A stretch of DNA of 64,000 nt from Iphione sp. A-MEVVRFRX5. Its lineage: Eukaryota. The notes below the pieces were generated by a model, which did no database searches, was not told the DNA's origin, and saw only the letters and a program-made list of their open reading frames with translations. Position numbers and translations under genes: made by a program. Location: NCBI GenBank assembly GCA_976226885.1, contig OZ320320.1, forward strand, positions 52,948,001 through 53,012,000, in the 5' to 3' direction. How positions within the stretch are numbered: the first letter of the stretch is position 1; each line of letters begins with the position of its first letter. Positions 1-11,593 of this stretch are shown here, piece by piece.

Positions 1-3000
1 TTGTTGAACTTTAATATGAATGATCTCCTGTTGTTGTTTACATTGAAACTGCAGTGTTAGTAGCCAGGAGTGATTGCACAAACTGTCATTGGGTATTCCT
101 AGCCCATGAATACAGCTACCCTTATTTTGATTCCACATCATGGGAGGCAGTCTCACTTTCCAGATAATTAGTGTAAAACATGGATGATCTTCGTTCCCGA
201 TTTAGAGGTACCTCTTCTCTGTATTTTACTCTCAAGCAGTTTTTTGTACACTTCAAACGGCTCTTTCAGCTGTTTCGGGTGAACCTGTCCTTGACAAGGA
301 CCAATGGCCCCACAAATGAACTGTATCAGTCAACTGAGTGCATCTTGATATCTAGTGATATATTTTGTGGAAGGTAGGGGGGCACCGCTGTTGATGAAAA
401 ACAGGGAACGGATCCAAAGTAGAGTTCGGCCTGAAGAACTGTCAAGTTACCTGCAGTTAATTTTCCAAGAATAAACCTTCTCTATGTACTCAATTTTCAC
501 AAAATAAAACTGTGTATCATATCTAACACTCATAGGAAGTATCATATATTCCTCTCAATGATAATATAATAAAATGCGATGATGGAGTGATTTGAAATTT
601 ACTAGGGCTGGCCTATCTGACAGTTGCTCGAGGGAGACGGATGGCAACCATAATGAAATAAATACAATCATGTTCCTCCCCTCCTCATTTGTGCAGGCAT
701 CGGTGAAAACCTGGCATCTGGAACCTGTGAGGTGATATAACAATTCCATTAAGGCGGATGTCTAATGCATGCCTTTACTGTGCTGTATAGGAGGAGAATA
801 GCGGCACGGAGGCAGTCTACACAACCTATTGATTTCCCTTATTATTGTCAAAACATTCAACGAATATAGTCGTGTATACTTGCATACTATAGAGTGTGAT
901 CTCGCTAATATTGACAGACATAGGACTGGCAAAAACGGTAAGAAGTAAGGATGTCCGCAATAGCATTCCATCACTGCCTAAATACCTTCTCTCCTCCCAC
1001 TCACTTCCCCTAACTCTTTTCTCCTCCTGTTCTCGGAACATGAATTTATAGACTTGGTTCTGTCTCTTTTCTGTCCTTCACGTAAGATGTCCCATTTAGA
1101 GGGCTGTCTACAATGAGGGATTCCACACAGCTGTAAGTGTATGGTCACACCAACCTGTAAGCTCATGAATCATTTCCAGAAATAGAAATGAAGAAGGGGA
1201 GGAGTAACAAAACGATAAAAAGAGAGCTACAGACAGGAAAAAAGTAAAGTGAAAGCTGGTGTGACGGTAAAGAGAATGAAGGAAGATATGGAAAGGGAAC
1301 CAGGCGGATAAAAAACAGTAAATGAAAGGGACAGACATAGACAGATCAAGAACTACTAGTATTCAACTTATATGTTATTGGTTGACGGGCTCAGTAGACT
1401 TTAGGTGACCGAAAGGGGAGGGTGAGGGAATCAGAGATAGGAGGGGGGCAGTGGACCTGGGGTTAAGAGGGCACGATGGCGGGGAGGGGGGTTGAGGATG
1501 CAGGAGGAAGGCGACTTGGCTGGTTGGAAACAGGGCAGGAAGACAAGAGAAAAGATTGTGATTGACGACTTGGAAGTGAACACTAGATTGGCTGGAGACT
1601 GAGTGAGGACCCAGTCCTCATCGACCCACTTAGACATTGTGAACACACACGACGGCACCACTCGGGACCATGTTGCCGGAGGACACTGCCTGAGCCAGCG
1701 CATCGATGGTATGGACTTGCTCCCCCAGTCCCCCAAATATTTCAACACTATTCTGTATCTTGAGGGTGAAATCCTCCTTGATTATTCAAATTTACTCTAA
1801 GCGCAATCCATATTTAAGGCCTCTTATCCACCTGTATATAACTGCTACGATCATTTCTTGCAGCCCGTGCATTGATGCATTTTGTAACGGTCGTTGTGAT
1901 TGTCTTAGTAAACGCAATAATATCCGTAATCTGCCCCTTCACTTGAAGTTCATCAGACTCTCAGGAGTGTAAAGTGAATGATCTTACATGCAAGCTGCTG
2001 TCTTTTATTTCCCTTGACGATGCCACTCCCAAATTCATGAACATTAGTAATGAATATGCACTAATGCAATACTCACCAAGACCATAAGTGTGCACAAATG
2101 ATGTATTCTACACCGTGCATAGAGTGATAGTCTATTAGAGTCAACGCTGCTTGACGGAGCCAGCATGTTTCTTGTCAACGGATTTGGTTAACTTTGGGTT
2201 CAGTTAACCTCAATATGAAATAGAGGAAATGTACTGTTGTATCAGACTGAATGGTCGGTATGAGCGGGGAATTCAGTTAACTTGGGCCCGATGAAGTTGG
2301 ACTCACTGTATTTTTATCAAATAAGAATTGACATGATTCATATTTCAGGCATATTGTAAAAGGTGAGCTTCGGAACAATTCCAGTACATCAGATATAAGG
2401 TAAAATTGCGTCTCATCATCTGTAGAGGGCAAAGACAAGCTACATGAGTAGTAGTATGAGAATGTTCCACATCAGTCAAAGAGGTAGGCCTGTGTCATTA
2501 GATGTAAAAGGAGTGTGAACTTCAGTCACAGAGCTTCTCCGACACTTTTGTCACAGAGGGAGGGTTTGCTATATCAGTCCTGGAAGGAGAGTTCCTTTCC
2601 ACACCAGCCATTCTCCTTACCAGCATTATAAAGATGAATAGAATCATGTCCTCAGATGTGGGGAGATCACAGACAGGTAGCTCACTATAGTCACGATATA
2701 GTAGGCAATGTTTGTATGAGGAGCTATAACGACCGTAAGTATCGTACTGCTCAGATTCCACATAATGTACAGATATGTTGTATTAATGTGGGATAATTCA
2801 GTATTAGATATAGAGACAAATATGGTCCATTCTCAGTTAAGTGTAGCATCAGGTGTCTTCAGTATTGAAGCAGGGCTGAGGCAATGCATGCTGCCAAAGT
2901 GTTAGATATAACACCATTTTATGATTCTAGATGTAATTTCTGTTAATTTGATATATAGTTTTACTAGTCTAAAATAGATATTTATGGTCAAAATTCCATG

Positions 3001-3213
3001 TCAAAGATGCTTTGTGCCTTAAAAACCCCCTGTCCATTGTCTGAGTGGTTAAATAGACATTGACAGTTAATAAATAAATATACATTTAAATGAAGCTGTT
3101 GTTTGTTATTCATTCCTTGCTTGCCTTTGGGTAGCAGAATATGACAGACTTGATTCTTCCTGTTGTATGTCTCATGCCTGAGGTGATGGAATTGGCTTGT
3201 CCATGTATTTTGT

Positions 3214-3938
3214 GTAATCTACGCTATTACACATGTAATGTGTACCAGCTATTATTATATTATGACCCTTGTGATTTAAAAAGTACCAAACAGTAGGCGA
3301 GGTTGGAGCATGTCTGAGGCATGAGCAATTCTGAACATATTCAGTGATAAATGTCCTCAGCTGGAGAAGAATGAAATGAGTTAATAGTAGTTTTTTTAAG
3401 GATGTCATCTACGCTATGTGCATTACTCTAAAACCTACAGTATGACAAGTTTTTTTTATGGTTGTCAAGGAAAAGGGCCTATGTGACAATAAAGTAATAA
3501 TGATAGTGCAACATATCTACAAAATGGTCCAGACATATGATCATTAATGGCCAAAATTGTAATATACGCTATGTGTCATCTACGCTATGTAGAATGGAAG
3601 TTTTAGAAAATGTGGCGAAAATCATGGAATTTGACAAAGAAAACGATAGATGGCAGTACTGTACTTCAGAACGGTACCCTGGTGGCAAAACTATGTACTA
3701 TTGGCGCCCTTGCCGCACCAAGTGGACAAGGACAAGAACCTACTTTCGCGCTCGTCGAGTTTGTGTGAGTATAAATATAAATTGATGGTACTTATCTCCG
3801 AATGTAAAGTAGATTACCATATTTGGCATATAGAGTATAAATTAGCAAGATTTTCTCGAAACTTGGAAGAAAAAACTATGTTTGAGATGTTATTAACCGA
3901 TAATGTTAAGGAAGGTCATAAAATATAGCGTAAATGAC
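3214..3938. repeat. Left subterminal array of GTCATCTACGCTA motif (5 copies)
   Basis: Copies at 3214 (GTAATC variant), 3404, 3559 (variant), 3575 and 3926 (minus strand, GTCATTTACGCTA). Confidence 0.9.
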
Positions 3939-4206
3939 TGAAAAAGTGTCGTATATGACACTATATCATATTAGTATAAAAAGAAGCTGTATTAATCGGT
4001 TATCATCGGGGAATTAATTGCAAGTGACTCTGAAGTGCTTTGTGAATATAAAGCAAGTTGTAAGCTGGAAATGTTGTTTGAAATATATTATCAAAAATGT
4101 ATAACTTGTTGCATAGGAAAATGGCAAGAAAATCAGTCTCACAAATCTGCAAAGACTATCGGCAGAGGAAGAAGAGTGCCCCAGATGGAGTAGAATGGAA
4201 GGCTAA
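3594..4206 (+). CDS. Putative small spliced ORF (86 aa; exons 3594-3764 + 4117-4206) overlapping the transposase start in another frame
   Basis: agaATGG start, TGT|gtgagt donor at 3765, ttgttgcatag| acceptor at 4116. The phase-0 join is open (..RARRVC|ENGKKISL..) to TAA at 4204-4206. No recognised homolog. Confidence 0.45.
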
Positions 4207-7200
4207 AGAAGCTGAACGGACCAGCAGGTATGTAAAACATTTTCTGATGTTTCTCTAATTAATACTGTTGGTAGTCTCTAACATTTGTAGTTGTCTCCGA
4301 CCATTCTCTAACAATTCTCTTACAAACTTTGTTAGAGATTCAAACGACTCATCACTAAGTTCACAATTTCTCTCACAAAATAACAGAGGTAGATGCGTGT
4401 ACGTCTGAAAGAAAATTTTAATGATCTCTAATGTTTCTCGCACAGAATTATTACAGTTTCACAAAATTAAAAAAGATACATGTTCAGGCTTCACTTTTCA
4501 CAAAATTAAAAAAGATGTATGTTCAGGCTTCACTGTTCAATGCAAACTAGTCCAAGTTAAGCCCGGCACGTCCCTGGGCACACGCCACTTTTAGTAGGCC
4601 CACGAGGTACTGCTCCTTAGATTTCGATCCTGCCACTTTAAGGTACCGATCCTGGAGCACTTGGATGTCCGCTGAAGTCAGTGGTGATCTGATCGGTGGC
4701 TCCATTGGTCTACGAGTGAAGACCATGCTGGGGACTGTGGGTGGGACTGTGACTGGGACGGTGGCTGATGCTGAAGCACTCACATCGGGCCTTGACACAG
4801 GTTGTTGAGTAATTTCCATTTCCTGAAGATGTGTCTCCAGCTCATTAACCTTCACTTCCAACTCTAAACGAGTACTGTCCTTTAGAGCAGTGTATTGGTC
4901 TTGTCTGGCCTGGCGCTCCCCTGCCACTGCCTCACGTCGGTCCTGCACCTCAGTGGCGAGAGCAGCAGACAGTGATTGCAGCTCCCCAATCTGTTGCCGT
5001 AACACCCCCAACTCATCTCGAAGTGCCTTGATTTCTTCCTGCTGCTTGTCAGATTCTTCCTTCCGTACGCGCACCTCCACTTTGAGGAGGTCCCTGGTGC
5101 TCTTAACATCCTTCAGGGAAGCGTTGATCCGCCGCATCTCATGCTGCATGTGGTACAGAGCCCGCTCTTTGTGGTTGAGGGACTCTTGCTGCGTGCGAAC
5201 CATCTCCTCCAGCTTTTGTACGGTAACTGCGCCCTTGCCTGTCTTCTGTGATGTTTGAGCGGATGCAGACACGGGTGGGGATGGCGCAGGTGAGACTGAT
5301 GCCCTAGTGCGGCGCTTAGTGGACACGGGTGGGGGTGGCGCAGGTGACGCTCCCTTAGCACTGCACTTAGAAGTTGACTTGGGCCTTGGAATCTTACTTC
5401 TTGACCGGGTCTGTGGCCCTTCAGAGTCAGAGGAGTCTGAGAATGAAAAAAAAACATGCACATATCCAATTAATACCTATGTATATATTCTCATTTCTAG
5501 TGTGCATTGTGCAAACTTTGGTTTAAACATCTGATCTTCAACAATTAATTTAACGCCTCATACACTTAGATCTGCATTATAATCTCTCACATCTTTAACG
5601 ATTACAAGTACATTCCATTGAACATTGTCTTATAATACATTGAGAGGAAGGAATGTATTAAGCCTAGTGAAAAAAATGTCGGTGTTTCCGGCAATTGGAC
5701 GACCCTACATTGTAGCTAGTTGTACCTTTTTTCTTGTTTTGTGAATACAATTACAATGTTGTCTTATAATATTACTGACCCCTATCCTGCAGCAGCTCGT
5801 AACGGCTGAGCTCATTGTGGTAACGCTCCATTTTGGCCTGGTACTCCTCCTCGGTGTCCCTGTCTAGCCGGTAGGGGAGCTTGGGACGCAAACCCTTAGC
5901 TGTAATTTAGCCAATGATACCAAATTTAAAACATACCCATTATACAATAACACATTTATTATGAATGACAGATAAGTAAAATCGTTGTCTTACATAAATT
6001 ATGAAGCTCTAGGTGGTTACTCAAAACAAGACTTTACGTACCTTGTCGCTCCTTTCGCCTACTCTCCTCCATTTGGAGCCTTGCTTTTTTCTTTAATTCT
6101 GCTGGGTCCTGCTTGTCTCTCCACGCCTTGCAGCTTTCAGCGTGGCTCAACTTCTTATCTTCAGGAGTCTCAGCCTGTGGGGTTTCCTGCTCTGTGTCGG
6201 TACTCATGGGACTTGGTTGTTTCTCAGCCATAATGTACTCCTTCTGATCAGCGCAAGGTGTAGCCGCAGAGTGAGCAGTGGTGGCAGGGGAAGCACCGTG
6301 GCCCCCAAAGCGTCCCACGTAGGCGCGCATCAGTTAAGGGCCTATTAAGTGTTGCTAGGCGACGCTCGCCTGATGTGCGCTTTTATGTGGGGTGACTATG
6401 ACCACACTGTTCAGAACTGACACGTTGTTAGACGGCGGATCTCCAGGCCTCCCTGTCTGGTCTGATATTCCATCTTATAAATGCGCTTTGTACTTGCAAT
6501 CTCTCACAAATTGAGTATATAGAACCCATCAACAACACACTGAATTTTCATTATTTCTAGCAATCTTTAACAGAATTCTAATAATCTCGCACAGACTCTA
6601 ACAGAATTCTAATAATCTCGCACAGACTCTAACAGAATTCTAATAATCTCGCACAGACTCTAACAGAATTCTCATCTCGCACAGACTCTAACAGAATTCT
6701 CATCTCGCACAGACTCTAACAGAATTCTCATCTCGCACAGACTCTAACGGAATTCTAATAATCTCGCACAGACTCTCATGATCTTGCACACTAACCTCTC
6801 ACCTTGAAGTGAGTGTTGTCATATTGAAGCAGTGTATATAAACATAGGATGAACACTTTGACACAACATGTCTCTCACATTTCTCTAACAGAATAATTGG
6901 ATTCACTATTTAACCACATTTCAGGTACTATGTTCCAATTAGTGAGGTGAAAAACAAGAAGGAACTGTTCCTGCGCCGAGAACGGAACCGACAAGCACAG
7001 GAGAGGAGGCGTGCACGACTGAAGGCCGAGCGGGAACAGCAGCATGAGCAGCTGACCTCTCAGCAGTCCCCTCTGCAATCTTCCCAGCAATCCTCCCAAA
7101 ACTCATCTCAGGCCAGCACATCATCAATTGGGCCGTCATCTTCTGACTCCACTGGCAATGCAATGCCAGTGGCATTCCCCTTCATGACACCTGCAGGGCG

Positions 7201-9268
7201 CCATAGGAGCAGAAAACGCATCAGCAGGGCCGTAGCCAAGAGCAAAAGGAAAGTAGAGAAGTTGGAGCGGGAAAAGAAGACCTCAGCGAGGCTTGTGTGG
7301 AAACTCCAGAAACGCTTACAGAGGGCACAGGCCAAGATCAAGAAGCTGGCGGCAAAGAAGAAGAAGCGGCCAACCCCTAAGGACAAGGCTATGGAGGACC
7401 TCATGAAGGCAGGTTTAGATCCATTTGAGCATGAAGGACTCCTGCGTAAATTAACTGCACATCACTCCGTCCTGGAACAGATCAGGAGTGGCGCTGTAAA
7501 GAGGATATCACGGCAGAAACATTCTCTAGAGCGAATAATAGCTGGGCGACTGACTCGTAAGTACAAGGTGTTGCGATACCTGGGCCATGAGACCTCACTC
7601 AACCGAAACCATCTAGGCACAAGATCTTTCACAAAGAAGAGGCGCCTTCCTACTCTTCGAGAGGACCTCCGTAAATGTGTCGTCACATTCATGGAACGAG
7701 ATGACATTTCACGTGTGATGCCCGGTAAGCGTGACAACACCCGCATTGGTCCCAAACGAGTGCAGACCCGAGTGCTTACAGATTATGTAGCTAATATCTG
7801 GAACAAGTTCCAGTTGGAGTATCCGAACAAGAAGATTTCCCTCTCCGTTTTCTGTCGTCTGCGACCTGCGCACATAAAGGTTTCAGCCTTTTCCAGCCGC
7901 ACATCATGTCTGTGTGTATACCACCAGAACATGGTACTGAAGCTTAAAGCTGGGGGAATATCCACCTCCCCTGACGTACTAGTCAGAGAGCATGAGTCAA
8001 ATGACAACATCTTGGATGCTTGCACAGTGAATGACCCCGTCACCTACTACACCTGGGAGAAAGTGAAAACTGAAGATAGAAGCCAGGTGAAATGTGTCAA
8101 GAAAACGGAGGAAAGAGATACATTCTTAGCTGAACTACGTGAAGACCTGATCAAGTTCAGGGGGCATGTTGCACGTATTTCACTTCAGTTTACAGCACTG
8201 AGGCAGTTGAAAGACACACTTAATTGCAACGAGGCTATTGTTCATATGGACTTTGCCGAGAATTATACTTGTAAAAATGTGGCAGAAGTTCAGTCTGCAT
8301 ACTGGGCTCAGACCCAAGTCACAGTACATCCTGCCCTTTGTTACTACAGGCAGCGGCCTGGGGAGCAGCTTAAGCACAAGAGCTTTGTTTATGTGAGTGC
8401 CATCAACTCACACAACCCGACAACCGTCACTGCCATTCTCCGAGAGATCAATGATGATCTAGATAAGATGTTGCCTGAAATAAAAACTGTCCACTATGTC
8501 ACAGATGGGCCAACATCCCAATATCGCAACAAGGTCATCTTCCATATTGTTGGGAATCACCAGTTCTACTTTCAGAGAGCTGCAACGTGGACCTACCACG
8601 AGGTAGGCCACGGCAAAGGTCCCTGCGACGGCATCGGCGGTACTGTAAAGCGTTTGGCTGATGATGCTGTAAAACAGAACAAGGCAGTCATAGCCAATGC
8701 CAATGACTTCTACACCTGGATGCAGGGCGAACGTTCCATCATCACAAGTAAATTGCTCACACAGAACCAGGTGGATGCAGCAGAGGAGATGGTGGATAAT
8801 ATGGATGCAAAACCAATCAAGGGTACCCTTGCAATTCACGCTGTTGTTGGGCTAAGACATGGGGCAATTGCGACAAGATCCACCAGTTGCTACTGTGACC
8901 AATGTAAATCCCTTGATCTCTGCAATGGTTGGAATGTAGTGAACGTCAAGAAGCAAGATCAGAAACTGTCACTTGAAAAGGGATCCTGGGTTGCAACTGA
9001 TTATTCAGGAATGGCTTACTATGGACGGGTCGAGGATTGCCGTGATGAAGAGGAAACCACTGAATACAAGATTAATTTCCTACTTCCACGCCAGAGTGAT
9101 CCATCAAAGATGTCATGGCCGAAGAAAAAGGACATCATGTGGCTGACAACTGCCGACATGATTTGCAATGTTCCCGCCCCTACAGAAGTTGGATCAACCT
9201 GCACCTTCCCTAGCAAGATCCTGCGCAGAGTTGACCTGCTTCTTGCAACAAGGAACGAAAACCAGTAA
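4121..9268 (+). CDS. DDD/DDE-fold transposase, 816 aa, exons 4121-4227 + 6925-9268
   Basis: Catalytic-type motifs MDFAENY (D at 8249), VTDGPTSQYRN (D at 8504) and GHGKGPCDGIGG (D at 8627), spacing D(84)D(40)D. Also CLCxxH and CYCxxC zinc-binding motifs and a Tudor-like C-terminus. Exon 1 (MARKSVSQICKDYRQR..ERTS) ends AG|gtatgt in phase 2 and joins catttcag|G TAC TAT in phase 2. No internal stops. Confidence 0.9.
4457..4534. repeat. ~39-bp tandem duplication (2 copies)
   Basis: TTTCACAAAATTAAAAAAGAT(A/G)(C/T)ATGTTCAGGCTTCACT occurs twice. Confidence 0.9.
4547..6231 (-). CDS. Nested antisense accessory gene, ~399-aa coiled-coil protein (exons 6231-6042, 5899-5780, 5436-4547)
   Basis: ATG at 6231, donors G|gtacgt and G|gtcagt, acceptors aaattacag| and ttttcattctcag|. 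All junctions are phase 1 and the frame is open. The protein has a basic N-terminus, an S/P-rich linker, a long heptad coiled coil and a helical C-terminus. A further exon at 4404-4255 is possible but could not be joined in frame. Confidence 0.75.
6568..6775. repeat. Minisatellite, 7 units of 31/28 bp, inside the transposase intron
   Basis: TAACAGAATTCT(AATA/C)ATCTCGCACAGACTC arranged as 3x31 + 3x28 + 1x31 bp. Confidence 0.95.
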
Positions 9269-9407
9269 TTGTTAGAGACATGTATACACGGTTCAAGTGC
9301 AAATTTCGTTAGAGACACATTTCTAACTCATTTTATAGTTCACGATTTGCTAGTCTGTGGCAGGGTTTTAATGTTCTACTCATGCACTAGATCATGTTTA
9401 GAGTTGC

Positions 9408-10677
9408 GTCATCTACGCTACAATGTAAAGAATGCATTCAAATAGTTGTCTAATATCACAAACCTACACACAAAATGTGGAAGATTTGTTAGATATGTTC
9501 ATCAGCTTTACTCCCAAACAGCATAAGACGATTCCAAATGGTCACAGAGAATGTTTGAGAATGTTTGAGAGAAACGTGAAAGATGTCATCTACGCTATGA
9601 AGTTATAGAGGCCTGCAGGTTATTCATGTCAGGGATATGATAGGAAATAATGACAAATATGTTAGAAAATTCATCCATATTATTTACAGTCTAAAAAACA
9701 TACTGATAAAGTATTTTGTGGGAGACTTGTGAGAGATTTGTTAGAGCTGTCATCTACGCTATCCAATTACTGACTTCATTTATTGCATTCCATCTTAATC
9801 CTTCTTCCCAAGTTATTCCTGTTGAATCATGTCAATTAAACTGCATACTTGGGTTCTCATACACATTTGTTGCAATACCATATCGATTCATTGCATTTAC
9901 ACACAAAGAGGGAGTGACCATAGATTATGTCATCTACGCTATCAAGTTTCAGATTCAATGTTTTCGTAACTTGTACATCACTGGTATGCAGCATTTAGAA
10001 AGAATTAATTTAAATGAGTAGCACACATTTCAATTGCACTTTTTGCGTGCACATTCTCTCTATTATTAACATATTTGACATGATCATGGATCTTTCCAAT
10101 ACATGAAATTGCTGTTAAAGATACACTATAAAATGTCATCGTTGAGACACATGCAACCATAGGATGAAAATGGTCTCTTTTTTCAATATTACTGCTCTGT
10201 GCATGATATACTGCTGTTCATTCACTCCAGATTTCAGTCAATATCCACAAATAGACATTTTGTGTGTTATTTACATCTGTGTCATCTACGCTATTCTTAA
10301 CATAACAGATCTGGATCAACTTCTCTGCTGTAATGGTATATAACATGGAATAAATAAGGGATTTACTGCTTTGTAAAAGATTGCCTGTCTGACTCATTCT
10401 AAAATAACACATAATTTGAATTACATTGGCTCCATTAATAACTGTGAAAGTCTGTCTTACTTTCAGACACATTGCTTTTACTTGTAATAGAAAATTTAGT
10501 GGTAATTTCTATGCTGGTTACCACAGATTCATAAAGTCATATAAACAATTTGGGATACATACCTCAAATCAACACATACAATATCATATATTAGTTATTA
10601 AAAATTTTACAATATTTACCTTATAATTAAGTATACCATCGTCTAATGACTTTAAGAGTGATAATAGCGTAGATTAC
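9408..10677. repeat. Right subterminal array of GTCATCTACGCTA motif (6 copies)
   Basis: Exact copies at 9408, 9585, 9749, 9929 and 10281; inverted GTAATC variant at 10665. Confidence 0.9.
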
Positions 10678-11493
10678 ATATCTACTTTTATTGAATTGCT
10701 TTACTTAAGTTTAAACATCCATTCCACAAAATGTATGATACCTTGAATCACAAAAATTTCCAACATTATGCTTCAATGCCTTCTCCATCAAGGAACAACA
10801 GTGAGCTGTCTTTTTGCACAAATTTTTTTTTTTCAAATAGTCTCCTACAGATGCTACACTTAACTGGGAATGGACCAATTACTCCTACCCAATAATGAGT
10901 TAAACCTGCTGAAGGTAATAGACTGATCACGTACATCACGTCGCATGGTCAGTGATCTCTTGGCAGACTCTGATACATTTTGCGTAATACCATATATTTT
11001 TTGTGCTGTTTTCAAATTGTACATGTTCAAGTAATGTACATTGCATGTTCACAAAAATCATCAAGCAAATAAAGTTATTATCTTCACATACATGATTTGT
11101 TTTTGAAAACAGTAGTGCACCACACAAAAATGAGTTATGTACTCCAATACTTGGTGATTTTCATGATTACAGATGCAAATAAAAAATGACAGTGACAAAC
11201 CAACATAAATGTGATGTGGTTGTGTTTTTTTTATTTGTTTTTTAATGTAACTGGGATGCAGAAATATTGTAATGGAATGTGTGAGGCACTCTCTATCTCC
11301 TGAGATTGAGTCACACTACAGACTTTCCAGCATGACTGACTTTAAAATTTCTGATTTACTCGCACCTTTGGGAATATCATCTCTACCTTATGCCTGTACT
11401 TTCCGGCAAGTTGTGCACAGGGATACCTTCATCGCAGAAGGTTATCTTGTCAATTTTAAGTTGACAAAAGTTGGGGAAGAAATCAAGATCACA

Positions 11494-11593
11494 NNNNNNN
11501 NNNNNNNNNNNNNNNNNNNNNNNNNNNNNNNNNNNNNNNNNNNNNNNNNNNNNNNNNNNNNNNNNNNNNNNNNNNNNNNNNNNNNNNNNNNNN
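11494..11593. other. Assembly gap (100 N)
   Basis: Run of N. Confidence 1.

Larger units (their letters stand above)
3211..10680 (+). mobile_element. DNA transposon with DDD-type (Sola-like, unclassified) transposase; ends approximate
   Basis: Contains an intact transposase gene. The outermost motif copies form a 17-bp inverted repeat (TGTAATCTACGCTATTA 3213-3229 / TAATAGCGTAGATTACA 10662-10678). GTCATCTACGCTA arrays occur at both ends and were not seen elsewhere in the window. No TSD found, so the true termini may lie further out. Confidence 0.75.

Noticed and set aside
1-3100. Short ORFs and exon-like segments on the minus strand (e.g. 2078-2200 KSVDKKHAGLRQAALTLIDYHSMHG ending at a GTGAGT donor)
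   Set aside because: No recognisable domain and no consistent exon chain; stops in all extended frames.
4255-4404. Possible fourth exon of the nested gene (TYTHLPLLF...VRELLENGRRQL; BEN-like C-terminus considered)
   Set aside because: The acceptor is good, but no phase-compatible donor was found before the stop at 4547.
5655-5715. Fragment resembling TTAA-flanked (Kolobok-like) non-autonomous ends; similar sequence at ~59207-59280
   Set aside because: Only partial similarity from memory; no paired terminus or TSD.
6875-9318. Minus-strand ORFs overlapping the transposase, and plus-strand ORFs over the LINE and nested gene
   Set aside because: Antisense shadows of real coding sequence with no independent motifs.
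3214-10677. Reading the GTCATCTACGCTA arrays as a CRISPR-like repeat-spacer array
   Set aside because: Eukaryotic context, 13-bp repeats, 150-370-bp spacers and no cas genes; subterminal transposon repeats explain them better.
10851-10914. 64-nt exon-like segment with a good acceptor and GTAATA donor
   Set aside because: Stops in all three frames; at most a non-coding exon, and unsupported.
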